A stretch of DNA of 64,000 nucleotides from Rebecca billardiae RCC1528 (GCA_965240325.2 OZ251243.1:1302001-1366000), one strand, 5' to 3'; numbered from the stretch's first letter, positions 48,806 to 59,120 are shown. Notes: a model not told the origin generated them from the sequence alone. Translations and numbers: made by a program.

Positions 48806-51154
48806 ATGCCGCCGCACGCTCTCTCTGCCGCGCTGACCGACCTGCCGCCCGAGCTCGTCGCGCGCATCCTCCTCCACCTCGATGACGTGCGCGACCTCGC
48901 CGCCGCCAACGCCGCCGCGTGCCTCTTCCGCGGCGCGCCACTCGCCAGCACGCGCTGCGCGAGCGCGCGCGCGCGCGTGGGCACGCGGCCGTGCTGCCGG
49001 CGGCCCTGCCCGCGGGCGTGTCCACGTGGGCCGAGGAGCTGTTCGCGCGCGAGCGCGTGCTCGAGCTTGCGTGCGCCCACTGGCACGTCGTCGCTGCCGG
49101 TCGGAGCTTGGAGGGCGCCGGGTTTGTCGGCGAGTGCGGCGGCATGTGCACGTGCGGCGCGCCGGACGGCGGTCTCGACTCCAGCGAGGCGGAGGTCGTG
49201 CTCGTTGTGACGCTCGTGTCCTTGCCGCAGGCGGCGCCCGTGCGCGCAGTGGCTGCCGGCGACAAGCACCTGCTCGTGCTGAGCGAGGCGGGCGCCGTGT
49301 ACGCGCGCGGCCGCAACTACTGCGGCCAGCTGGGCGTGGGCGACACGGCCGAGCGGCTGGCGTTCGTGCAGGTGGCTGCGCTGGGAGATGAGCCCGTCGT
49401 CGGCATTGGCGCCGGTGCCGACCACAGCTTCGCGCTTACGGCCTCAGGCGCGGCGTACAGCTGGGGCCACAACAGCTACGGCCAGCTCGGCCACGGCGAC
49501 ACGAAGGAGCGGTGGGCGCCGACGCGCATCGAGGCGCTGCGCGGCGTGCGAGTGGGCGGTGTGTCGGCAGGGGGTGCTCACACGCTGCTGCTCTCGACCG
49601 TTGGTGGCGTCTACTCGTGCGGGTTAGGAGGGGCGCTCGGCCACGGCGACCACGCGTGGCATCTGCTCACGCCGAAGCGCATCGGGGCGCTCGCGGGCGT
49701 GCGCGCCGTGCACGTGAGCGCGGGCAGCGGCCACAGCCTGGTGGTGGACGCGGCGGGCGGCGTGCACTCCTTCGGAGGCGGGGGTCATGGCGCGCTCGGC
49801 CACGGCGACGAGACGCCTCGATCGGTGCCCACGCGCATCGAAGCCCTGACGGGCGTGCGTGCCGTGCGCGCCAGCGCGGGCCTTGGCAGCAGCGCGGTGA
49901 CGTGCTCGGACGGCAGCGTGCGCGCGTTTGGGTTCAACGCCTTCGGCCAGCTGGGGTTGGGGCACCGAGAGGATTGCACGCCGCTGCCAGCGCGGGTGGA
50001 GGGCCTCGCGCGCGTGCTCGACTGCTCGTTCGGTGGCTGCCACGCGCTCCACGTCACCGCGGAGGGCGGCCTGCACGCGTGCGGCAGCTTCTCGGGCCCC
50101 CCCCCCATGCTGTCGGTTGACGGCATCGTGTCGCCGCTGCCGCTGCGCGTCGCGCTCGAGCACAGCCTGGTCCAGCACGGCTTACCGTCGCCGCTGCGCG
50201 TGGGGCCGCGATCGGCCCCGAGCGCGGCCTGGTCGTGGACGCCGCAGGCGGTGTGCGCTCGTCTGCCGCGGCCTCCCGTCCGCGACGCCCTGGGGCTGGC
50301 GGTGTGCGCGCGCGCCGATGTCGCGCGCGAGCTCGCATCCCTCCTCGGCGGAGGCTCAGCGGCCGCGGGCCTGCCGTGCTCGGCGGCGGCGGGGCGCGCG
50401 CCGCGCGCGCCGCCTCGCGCCGCGATGCCGCGAACAGCGCCTCTGCCTCCGCACCCGCCGCGCCGTGCCGCGCCCGCAGGGGGGCCAGGGCGCTGCTCTG
50501 TGGCGGCCCGACCAGAGTGCGCGCGCGCCGCTGCGATCGGCCCTGCGGGGGCGCGCGTGCACGCTCACGCGCCCGTGCCCGCACGCGGCAGGCGAGAGCG
50601 AGGAGGATGCCGACGACGAGTCCGAGGAGGAGGAGGATGACGACGACGACGACGACTGGCCGGTAGGCCCGCGCGTGCGCGCAGGCGACGGCGAGCCGGC
50701 GCGCAAGTGGCGGCGCGTGGTGCGCGCGGCCCGCGCGCCGGTGCGAGGCGCGCCGTGCGTTGGAGCCTCTGCCGCCGCGCGCGCCTCGTGAGCGCCTCTG
50801 CCCTCGCGCGCGCCACGCGCGCAGGGTGACGAGGACGACGCGGGCACGGGGGCGCGCCTCCACGTGGACGAGGGCGACACGCAGATCACGCACAGCGCGA
50901 TGGCTGGCTGGCTGAAGGACGTGTCGGCGACGATACGGCAGGAGGGGAGCGCGTACGTGCGCGCGCGTGCAGCGCGGCTCGCCGCGCTGGACGGCGCGGA
51001 CGCGGATGCGCTCTTTGCGCAGCCCATCGTGCGCGGCGACGCCGAGGCGCTGCGCGCGGCGTACGCGGCGCGGCCGGCTAGCGCGTCTGCGTCGCCGCCC
51101 GCGACGCCAGACTCGTCGTCTGCCGGGTCGTCGGAGGACGACGCCGAGCCGTAG
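48806..51154 (+). pseudogene. F-box-like + RCC1-repeat protein with a frameshift near 48948; probable spliced acidic C-terminal exons
   Basis: LTDLPPELVARILLHL (F-box-like). ctcgccagcacg here versus ctcgagcacg in the paralogue is a +2 shift. Multiple RCC1 repeats (VAAGDKHLLVL..GRNYCGQLGVGD; SWGHNSYGQLGHGD; FGFNAFGQLGLG). Likely intron 50663..50824 leads into the ORF ending at 51154. The upstream splice is uncertain. Confidence 0.7.
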
Positions 51155-51541
51155 GAGGGGCACCGCCCGAGCGGGTAGCGGCGCGCGCACCGCGCCTGGC
51201 GCTGATCGTGCCATGCCGCCACTTAGCTGATGATGCATGCGTATAACAGTCGTTATATATATGCACACACACGCGCGAGATCGTCGTCCGCCCGCCGGAA
51301 CATGCTGGCGCGTCGTAACTGAGGAGGCCGATGATGATGCATTCATCACGCAGGCGCGCGGCTGCAGCTCGAGGCCGAGCCCCTGCCCATGCCGCGGTGC
51401 GCCGGTGCCCCGCGTAGCCTGACGAACTATATATATAGTCGTACTAGCCGTGCCGCGCCGGTCCGGTTTTACGGCACGCTGCACTGGGCAGCAGCGCGCG
51501 TGGCGCCATGCCCTGCGCCGGCACGCGCAGGCACGCCACGC

Positions 51542-52561
51542 TCAGTAACGCCTGCGCGGCCATCGGACGACGTGCAGCGAGCGCACGTCACCTGATCCGT
51601 CCACCACCAGGCTGCGTGCATGGTCGGCGCTCACGCGCACGGCGCGCACGCCAGCTTGCGCCTCGATGCGCCTAGGTTTGTGCTGATGCTGCCGGTCGCC
51701 GTGGCCGAGACAGCCCGAGTTGCCATCGCCGCACGAGTAGACGGCTCCACCGATCGAGAGCAGCAGCGTGTGGTTGTTGCATGCGGCCACGCCGCCCACG
51801 CGCACGCCGTCCAGCGCCTCGATGCGCGTCGGCTCCCACCGGTCCTTCTTGTCGCCGTGGCCGAGCTGGCCGCTGCGGTTGGAGCCCCAGCTGAATGCCA
51901 CGCCGGCAGCCGTGAGCGCAAAGCTGTGGCAAGCGCTGGCGCTCGTGCCGACGACGAGCTCCGCGCCCAGCGACGCCACCTGCACAAACGCCCGCCGCTC
52001 GGCTTTGTCGCCCACGCCCAGCTGGCCGTGGCCGTTGCGGCCGCACGCGTACACGGCGCCCGCCTCGCTCAGCGCGAGCAGGTGCTTGTCGCCGGCAGCC
52101 ACTGCGCGCACGCGCACCGCATCCAGTGAGACCACGCGCGTCGGCACGGACACGGTCGCCCCCATGCCGAGCTCGGGGTGGCCCAGCGGCGCGCCGCACG
52201 TGTGCACGCAGCCGGCGCCGTCGACAAATGCTGAAAATTGAGCCGGGGAGGTTGGGCTGCCAGTGGTCATGTGCGCGTGCGCGCACGCAAGCTCGAGCAC
52301 GCGCTCGCGCGCGAACAGCTCCTCGGCCCACGTGGACACGCCCGCGGGCAGGGCCGCCGGCAGCACGGCCGCGTGCCCACGCGCGCGCGCGCGCTCACGC
52401 AGCGCGTGCTCGAGCGGCGCGCCGCAGAAGAGGCGCGCGGCTGCGTTGGCGGCGGCGAGATCGCGCACGTCATCGAGGTGGACGAGGATGCGCGCGACCA
52501 GCTCGGGCGGCAGGTCGGTCAGCCGCACGGCCGTCGCGGCAGAGCGGGCGTGCGACGACAT
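51542..52561 (-). CDS. F-box-like + RCC1-repeat protein, C-terminally truncated paralogue (possible pseudogene)
   Basis: LTDLPPELVARILVHL..VAAGDKHLLAL..GRNGHGQLGVGD..SWGSNRSGQLGHGD. Similarity to the + strand copy stops after SLVVDGSGDVRS. Confidence 0.75.
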   Translation of the reverse strand: MSSHARSAATAVRLTDLPPELVARILVHLDDVRDLAAANAAARLFCGAPLEHALRERARARGHAAVLPAALPAGVSTWAEELFARERVLELACAHAHMTTGSPTSPAQFSAFVDGAGCVHTCGAPLGHPELGMGATVSVPTRVVSLDAVRVRAVAAGDKHLLALSEAGAVYACGRNGHGQLGVGDKAERRAFVQVASLGAELVVGTSASACHSFALTAAGVAFSWGSNRSGQLGHGDKKDRWEPTRIEALDGVRVGGVAACNNHTLLLSIGGAVYSCGDGNSGCLGHGDRQHQHKPRRIEAQAGVRAVRVSADHARSLVVDGSGDVRSLHVVRWPRRRY

Positions 52562-52767
52562 GAGCGTGACGACGGTTGGCACAGTGATGCTAATCGCTAC
52601 CGGTTCGCAGCCGGGGATGTCTGGGCCTGTCGTCGGGCGGCGGGTCAGATTTGATGACGAGATTTCTGAGATCGCCGCCAGATCTCACCCTTGGATCGGC
52701 GACCTTCGAGGCTGCCGGGCCCGGGCGGGCCGTCGCCAGCTCGCGGTGGGCGCCGCCATTCCCGCCA

Positions 52768-53943
52768 ATGGCGCCGCGCCGACCCGCGAGGGCCCGGCGC
52801 CCCGCGGGGCCGAAGGGCGCGCGCGCGGCGGAGGCCGCGCTCGTGCGCGCCGCCCTGCGCGGCGGCGCGGCGGCGCGCGCGCGGCTGCGCGCGCGCTGGC
52901 CGGTGCTCGCGTCCGTGCGCGAGTCGTGCGCGTACCGCGGCTTCGACTTCCACCGGCTCAACCTGCTCGGCTGGGGCTCGAGCGTGTGGCGCGAGCGCGT
53001 GCTCGCCGTGCGCGGCGCGGCGCTCGTGCCGCCGCTGCCCGACGCGTCGCGCGTCACCGCGCCGCGCGGCGTCGCCGCCACGTCGTGCGCGCCGCGCGGC
53101 CGTGGCGGCCCGTACCACGCGCGCGGGCTGCCGATCCGCGGCGTGCGCGGCGGCGGCTACCTGCGCTTCTTCGACGCGAAGGGGCGCGAGCTCGGCACGT
53201 CCGCGGGGCTGGGCGCGGGGCTGCGCCTCGCGCTCGAGACGATGGGAGTGCCGCGCGCCGCGCGCGTCGCCGCCGAGCTGCGCGAGCCGCGCACGCGCGC
53301 GCTGCTGCGGCGCTGGCTGCCGCGCGGCGACACGCGGCCCATCCGCGCGCTCGAGCTCGGCGTGCCCGTGCCCGCGTACCGCCGCGTGCTGCGCGGCGTG
53401 CTGGCGGAGCTGCGCGCGCGGCTCGGCGTCGCGCCCGCCGACGTCGCGTTCATCGACCTCGGCGCGGCGCTCGGCCTGACGAGCATCGCCGCGTGGGCGG
53501 AGGGCGTGCGCACGTTTGTGGGCGCGGACGTGGCGGACACGCCGTACGCGGCGCTGCTCGGCGGCGTGTACGGCGCGCGCGCGGAGCTGGTGCGGCTCGA
53601 CCTGGCGTCCGAGGGCGCGCCGGCGCGCGTGTGCGCGCTCGTCGCGCGCGTGCGCGCCGAGCTCGAGGCGCGCTCGGGCGGCCGCCCCGTCGCGGTGGTC
53701 GTGCACGCGTCGCCGCCGTGCGGGCCGATCGCCGCGGTGAACACGACGGGCGGGCGCGCGGCCATCGCCGCGGCGCGCACGCGCGGCTTCGCCGTCGTCG
53801 AGCGCTTCCTCGACGCGCTCGTCGCGGTGATGGCGCCGGCGCGGCGCGGCGCGGCGCGCGGCGCGCGGGCCGACGCGTGCACCTTCGAGGAGGTCGCCAC
53901 GCTGATGCCGTACCTGGTGCGCGCGGCGCGGCGGCGGCAGTAG
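52768..53943 (+). CDS. Circularly permuted C5-cytosine DNA methyltransferase-like protein
   Basis: Motifs in N-to-C order: VII/VIII YRGFDFHRLNLLGWGSSVWRERVLAV (~52930-53010), IX LETMGVP (~53233), X LELGVPVPAYRRVL (~53350), I AFIDLGAALGLTSIAA (~53446), II VGADV, III VRLDL, IV VVHASPPCGPIAAVN (~53698), VI CTFEEVATL (~53878). Confidence 0.75.
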   Translation: MAPRRPARARRPAGPKGARAAEAALVRAALRGGAAARARLRARWPVLASVRESCAYRGFDFHRLNLLGWGSSVWRERVLAVRGAALVPPLPDASRVTAPRGVAATSCAPRGRGGPYHARGLPIRGVRGGGYLRFFDAKGRELGTSAGLGAGLRLALETMGVPRAARVAAELREPRTRALLRRWLPRGDTRPIRALELGVPVPAYRRVLRGVLAELRARLGVAPADVAFIDLGAALGLTSIAAWAEGVRTFVGADVADTPYAALLGGVYGARAELVRLDLASEGAPARVCALVARVRAELEARSGGRPVAVVVHASPPCGPIAAVNTTGGRAAIAAARTRGFAVVERFLDALVAVMAPARRGAARGARADACTFEEVATLMPYLVRAARRRQ

Positions 53944-54592
53944 CGTCGCGGGCCGTCGCCGGGCGCGGCGCTCTGCTATTACTATCATCTATATATATAT
54001 ATATATATATTATTGGGTAGTAACGCGAGCTCCGAGCGTGCCGAGCCCTGCTAAAAGCTCACCGGCGCGCACTCGGGCGCGTCGTCGATGCCGTCGCTGT
54101 TCACTCGCTGCCACCGCGGACGGTGAGCAACCGCTTGACTGCGGCGATTAACCCGCCGGCGGGCCGATATCATTACTAGTGATATTACTACCGTGGCGGG
54201 CCCGCGGCGGCGCATGTGGGCGGGGTTCAGGGCCAGGCGAGGGCGGTCACTAGTGGCGGCGGTACGGGCGGGCGACCGCCCGGCACTGCGGTCCTGACCG
54301 GATCGCCGCGGGCCCCGGTGGCGGCGCCCACTGAGTGCGTCAGCGACCGGCGGGTGCCACTGCGAGCGGTCAGCCGGCCCCGGGCACCGTGCTGACTGCT
54401 GCTCGCCTGCTCAGGGCCAGGCCCGTCGGTCGGTCACGACGATACTCGACGCTCAATTGATCTTCTCCGAGCTGTTGGGACCGTATTTCGTCATGTTAGA
54501 TATGCCGATGACGACATGCTGTATGATATGATATATGCGCGCTGTGCCGCTTGAAGCGTAGTGACGACAGAGGGCGGGCGGCGCATGGTCTC

Positions 54593-55225
54593 TCAGCGCG
54601 TCTGGGAGAACGGCGCCGTGTCCGCCACCCCGTGGCGGGCGGCCACGCGCCCCTCGTTCACCTCGCACACCGCCGCCATGAGCGCCTTGAACGCCTTCGC
54701 GTGCATGGGTTTGTGGCGCTTCTGTTCGAGCATGGTCTCCAGCTCGTGCATGGTCATCGGCATGTGGGGCGCCGGGTACGGCACGGGGCGCGCGAGCTCG
54801 ATGGCGCCCACGACCGCCGATGCGGTGGGTTTCTCCGGCGCGGCGCCGCGCGTGAACGCAAAGCCCAGGATCGCGCTGTGAGGCAGGTCGCCGCGCAGCC
54901 CCTCGCGCGCCGCGCGCAGCGCCGTCGCCTCAGCCGCGTGCCGCCCGCGCACCGTCCTGTTCTTGCTCGCGCGGAAGGCCCATGCCACGAGCTCGCCGCT
55001 GGGCACGATCTGCGTCTCGCGGCGCTTCTCGAAGCACGCGATCGCGGAGGCGAAGGGCTGCTGTAGCGGGAAGATGCCACCCACGCGCGCGCCGAACGTG
55101 CGGAAGAAGGTCGCGAGGTGCCGCTCGTAGTGGCGCGCCGACGCGAGCTTGTACCGGCGGCCGACGACCCCCTTCCGCCGGGGGTTGCGCTCGAGCCGCG
55201 CGATGGCGCACTTTGCGGTCCCCAT
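54593..55225 (-). CDS. ASCH (PUA-like) domain protein
   Basis: IFPLQQPFASAIACFEKRRETQ..WAFRASK..LPHSAILGFA..IELARPVPY fits the ASCH consensus (lxQPwAsxi.G.K.xEtR..IHAsk..lP.gaIiG..l..Pip). Confidence 0.7.
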   Translation of the reverse strand: MGTAKCAIARLERNPRRKGVVGRRYKLASARHYERHLATFFRTFGARVGGIFPLQQPFASAIACFEKRRETQIVPSGELVAWAFRASKNRTVRGRHAAEATALRAAREGLRGDLPHSAILGFAFTRGAAPEKPTASAVVGAIELARPVPYPAPHMPMTMHELETMLEQKRHKPMHAKAFKALMAAVCEVNEGRVAARHGVADTAPFSQTR

Positions 55226-55719
55226 CGCGTTTGAAGTTTGAACCCGGCCCAGTCGCAAACTCCGAGTGCTTACCCCCATACAGTAGTGGGACTAAACAGG
55301 CATGGCGGGTGGTTACGGCAGGGCTTTTAGGAGTGATAGTTGGGGCTTCGGTCCCGCTATGCCTGTCTGATCATATAGGAAGAGTACGACCGGCAGCAGG
55401 ATGGCTGAACTCGGACTCCCCGGCGAGTCTGCATCCCGCGGCGCGAGCCTGGTTGTGCGCCAGGAGGAACGTACAGCGTCTCCCCCACGTGCCTTGCGCC
55501 TGCCCACTGTGGCCCGCCTTGCTGGCGGCGCGCGGGCCATCCGACCGAGCCGGGCGACGTAACAGGGCCACCTGCAGTGGGGCCTTGGCGGCGCTTCGCG
55601 CGCATCGTTCCGAGGCAGCATCCATCTCCCGCGCCCCTGCCGTCGCCATTGGTAGCTCCTCGGATGCCGCGTTTATATATATCACGAAGGCCCACTGATG
55701 TCGATCTGAGTCAGCACTG

Positions 55720-55771
55720 TCAATCTCGCCTGCCTGAGCTGTGTGCGTCTCTTATTCTTAGTAAACTGTAG
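55720..55771 (+). repeat. Terminal repeat copy A (tcaatctcgcctgcctgagctgtgtgcgtctcttattcttagtaaactgtag)
   Basis: Direct copy at 58944-58988; inverted copies at 59073-59120 and 59989-60012. Confidence 0.9.
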
Positions 55772-56148
55772 TAGTACTAGTACTGGAACGTCTCGGACAC
55801 GGTAAACATACGCACGCGCAGTCCGTGCCCGCTGACGTGTACGGTGTATGTGAGCCTCTTCTGTCTTCACGGCGGCACTGCGGCGTCCGCGCGCCACTAC
55901 TGTCTACTGCTCGGTCGAGTTAGACTGAGTGACTCTACATCATATAGCGCTGTAGTACCGCGCTGCGCCGTGGCGCGTCCCAGAACTAAACTCGACGATC
56001 CGGCGTCGATGAATAATCGGCAACATCAGAGTAGTAGTCGTGTGCGTCAACTGTACACGTCGATACGTACATATGGCCTTCATTCGCTCGTCAGCGCCCT
56101 CTCCGACGACCAGACTGGTAGTAGCTGCTAGCAGTATCGTGCTGCGGC

Positions 56149-58767
56149 TCATCTCGCGGCCGTGGCCGCGTCCGCCTCGTCGCTGCGCCGCCGCTTGCGG
56201 CAGGGCGGCGGCGACGGCGCCGCCGGCTCCGCGGTGAGCCGGTCGAGCACGAGCACCGCGAGCTCGGCGCACAGCAGCACGGGCACGTGGTAGTACTCGC
56301 GCGGCGCCGCCTTCACCTGCGCGGCGTGCCGCACGCGGCCGGTGCCGGGCGCGCGCTCGCACTGCTCGCACGGCGCCGCGTCCGAGCACGGCGGGCGCAG
56401 CGCGCCCTCGGGCGGCGCCACGCTCGCGCTGCGCCCGCGCCCGACGAGGATGAGCTGCGTCGGCTTCCGCGCGCCGTGCACCGCTGGCTCGAACGCGCCC
56501 GCCTCGCCGGCGCCGCCCTCGCGCGCGCGCGCGCGCCCGCCGCGCACGCGGCCGTCGAGCGCCGCGTGCGCGTACGCGCAGTGCGTCGTCACGTGCAGGT
56601 GCGCGCGCGGCACGGGCGCCTCCTCGTGCAGCTGGCGCACGAGCGGCAGGCTGAACGCGCTCGCGCCCAGCGGCATCTCGAGCACCGCCTGGCTGCCGCC
56701 GTCCGTCGCCTCGTCGGCGAGCCGCGCGGCGAGCGCGTTGCGCGTCGCGAGCTGCTCCGCCTCGTGCTGCGGCACGGCGCGCGCGAGCTCGGCGGCGAAG
56801 CGGTGCCGGTTGTGGCACGCGCCGCACGTCTGCCCGCCGTTGAGCACCGAGCTCTCGGAGCACGGGCTGCCGCCCGTGCCGAGCACGGGCGGGTTGGCCG
56901 CGCGCCACGCGTCGAACGCCAGCGCGAACCGCGGGTCGAGCATGTTGGCGACGATCGCGAGCCGCTCGCCAGGCCGCACGTGCAGCGGCGTGCGCACCTC
57001 GCCCCGCGCCCAGTGCTGCAGCGTGAAGCCCGCGTCGGCCACGAGCGTGCGCAGCAGGTCGGGGTCGCGGTCGACGGCGACGGCGGCGAGGCGCACGCGC
57101 GCGCCGCCGGGCGCGCGCGTGTGCGCCCCCACCGCGTCGCCCACGTGCAGGAACCAGCGCAGCACCGAGGCGCCGCCCGCCGGCGCCTCCACCGCGACCG
57201 GCGCGACGCGCGCCGCGCCCGCGGCGCCGCCCTCGCCGCTGAGCGCGGCCTCGAGCGTGCCCGCGCGCAGCGGCGCGGGCGCGTGCGCGCTCAGGTCGAG
57301 CGGCCCGCCGCGCGCGAGCAGCCGCGCGAGCGCCGCCTCGGGCTGCGGCGCGAGCCGCGGCGCCGCGCCGCCGCCGCCCGCGCGGCGCCGCCACAGCGCG
57401 GCGTACACGGCGGCGACCGCGGCGGGCGGCGGCGGCCGCGGCGGCGGCGGCGCGGGCCGCGGCGGCGGCGGCGGCGGCGGCGGCGGCCGCGGCGGCGCGG
57501 CGGGCGGCACGCGCTCGGTGCGCAGCGCGCACGCCCGGGCGCCCTGCGCGAGGCGCGCGCCCACCGACGTGTCGGGCCCCCGCCCCATCGGCAGCAGGCG
57601 CGCCGCCATGGCGGCGACGTCCTCCGTGCCGGGCTCGCCGCGCTGCGTGAGCGCGTGCGCGCCCACGCACGACCCGCGCGGCAGGCCGCGCGGGCCGACG
57701 GCGCCGGCGGGCGCGCCGAGCACGGCGCACAGATCGCCGAGCACGGCGCCCGCCGCCACGTGCAGCACGCGCTTCGGGATCACCCGGCCGCCCGCGCCGC
57801 CGCCCACCGCCTTCTCGCCCGCGTACACGATCCACACGGGCGGCGCGCGCGCGCCGGCCGGCTGCGCGCGCAGCGCGGCCACCGCGCGCTCCAGCTCGCC
57901 GCGGCCCTGCCGAGCGCCGCCGACGGTGCCGATGTGGTAGCGCTTGGCCGGGCGCTCGAACTGCAGCTCGTCGCGCCACTTCGCGAGGCACGTCACCTCG
58001 ACCACCGTGCCGCCGCCGAGCGCGGCGGCCAGGTCGCCCGCCGGCGGCTCGCCCGCCGCGAGCGCGCGCGCCACCGCGCGCGCGCGCGCGTCCGCGCACG
58101 CGGCGCGCACGTGCGCCTCGCACGCGGCGGCCGAGCCGCCGGCGCGCACGAGCTCGCACGCGGGCGCGGCGTCGAGCGCGCGCGGCGCGCGCGGCGCGGG
58201 CGGCGCGCGCGGCGCGCGCGGCGCGCGCGGCGCGCGCGGCGCGGTGCTCAGTGCGAGCAGCTCCTCGCGCGCGCGCTCGAGCGAGCCGCCCGCGCGCTCG
58301 AGCGCGCGGCGCGCCACGTCCGCCGCGCCCCCCGTCAGCCGCGCGCCGCCCCCGCGCGTCGCGGCGTCGCGCACGCACCGCAGCGCGTCGGCGCGCGCGC
58401 GCCCGTCGCCCGCGCGCGCGCACGCGTACGCGAGCTGCAGCAGCGCCGTCGGGCGCACGCGCGCGCCCGGGGCGGAGGCCTGCGTGTAGAGCCTCGCCAG
58501 CGCGTGCGGAGCGACGCCCGCCGCCGCCATCGCGGCGCGCAGCTCGCCCCACAAGCCCACGCCGCGCGCGGAGCGGCAGCGCGCGCCGCTGCCGGCGGCG
58601 CGCCCCGGCGCGCCCGCAAGCGGGCCTGCCTCGTAGGCCGCGATGAAGGCGCTGGCCGCGTCGGCGACGAGCAGCTGCTCGGCGAGCCGCGCGCAGCAGA
58701 GCAGCGCGTCGGCCTGCTCCAGCGCGTCGTTGAGCGCGGCGGCGAGCGGCGCGAGAGATGCCGTCAT
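56149..58767 (-). CDS. 872-aa UBA-like + Pro linker + divergent C5-cytosine methyltransferase-like protein
   Basis: UBA-like DVARRALERAGGSLERAREELL (~58320-58255). C-terminal domain: I WFLHVGDAVG, II AVDRDP, IV GTGGSPCSESSVLN (~56870), VI VLEMP (~56675), VIII TTHCAYA..RKPTQLIL, Cys cluster CSDAAPCEQC..H, X YYHVPVLLCAEL. Intronless. Confidence 0.7.
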   Translation of the reverse strand: MTASLAPLAAALNDALEQADALLCCARLAEQLLVADAASAFIAAYEAGPLAGAPGRAAGSGARCRSARGVGLWGELRAAMAAAGVAPHALARLYTQASAPGARVRPTALLQLAYACARAGDGRARADALRCVRDAATRGGGARLTGGAADVARRALERAGGSLERAREELLALSTAPRAPRAPRAPRAPPAPRAPRALDAAPACELVRAGGSAAACEAHVRAACADARARAVARALAAGEPPAGDLAAALGGGTVVEVTCLAKWRDELQFERPAKRYHIGTVGGARQGRGELERAVAALRAQPAGARAPPVWIVYAGEKAVGGGAGGRVIPKRVLHVAAGAVLGDLCAVLGAPAGAVGPRGLPRGSCVGAHALTQRGEPGTEDVAAMAARLLPMGRGPDTSVGARLAQGARACALRTERVPPAAPPRPPPPPPPPPRPAPPPPRPPPPAAVAAVYAALWRRRAGGGGAAPRLAPQPEAALARLLARGGPLDLSAHAPAPLRAGTLEAALSGEGGAAGAARVAPVAVEAPAGGASVLRWFLHVGDAVGAHTRAPGGARVRLAAVAVDRDPDLLRTLVADAGFTLQHWARGEVRTPLHVRPGERLAIVANMLDPRFALAFDAWRAANPPVLGTGGSPCSESSVLNGGQTCGACHNRHRFAAELARAVPQHEAEQLATRNALAARLADEATDGGSQAVLEMPLGASAFSLPLVRQLHEEAPVPRAHLHVTTHCAYAHAALDGRVRGGRARAREGGAGEAGAFEPAVHGARKPTQLILVGRGRSASVAPPEGALRPPCSDAAPCEQCERAPGTGRVRHAAQVKAAPREYYHVPVLLCAELAVLVLDRLTAEPAAPSPPPCRKRRRSDEADAATAAR

Positions 58768-58943
58768 CGCTGCCGGCCGTCCACTTCAGCCTGCCTGGAG
58801 CTGTGCCCATTCTACCGTAAGTATCGTTTCCATTTTGAGCCGACGAATCAGGGGACCCGCGTCGTCCTACCCGCGTCGTTACACCCGGAGCCCGTTATAC
58901 TAAGGGAGAAGTTTGTCAGTACACTCATTATTTTCAAGTAGTG

Positions 58944-59120
58944 CTGCCTGAGCTGTGTGCGTCTCTTATACTGACTTAGTAAACTGTAAAGGCAGTAGGC
59001 GCTGCTGCAAGCTTCGACTTATTAAATCATCATAGAATTAGTAGACGAGATTAGTACCCGCCCCGTACCGTCCTACAGTTTACTAAGAATTATCAGAGAC
59101 GCACACAGCTCAGGCAGGCG
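58944..59120. repeat. Head-to-head pair of the ~45-bp repeat (copies B and C) around an AT-rich spacer; MITE-like
   Basis: ctgcctgagctgtgtgcgtctcttatactgacttagtaaactgta ... ctacagtttactaagaattatcagagacgcacacagctcaggcaggcg. Confidence 0.85.

Noticed and set aside
54013-54450. Structured ncRNA between the permuted MTase and the ASCH gene
   Set aside because: Only short GC-rich and actagt-centred palindromes; no recognisable RNA family and no covariation evidence.
52768-58767. Calling either methyltransferase a DRM2 or DNMT1/3/5 orthologue
   Set aside because: The permutation point differs from DRM, the UBA is on the non-permuted enzyme, and there are no BAH/PWWP/SNF2 domains.
55940-58941. Overlapping 956-aa (-) and 884-aa (+) ORFs
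   Set aside because: Alternative-frame/antisense shadows of the 872-aa gene.
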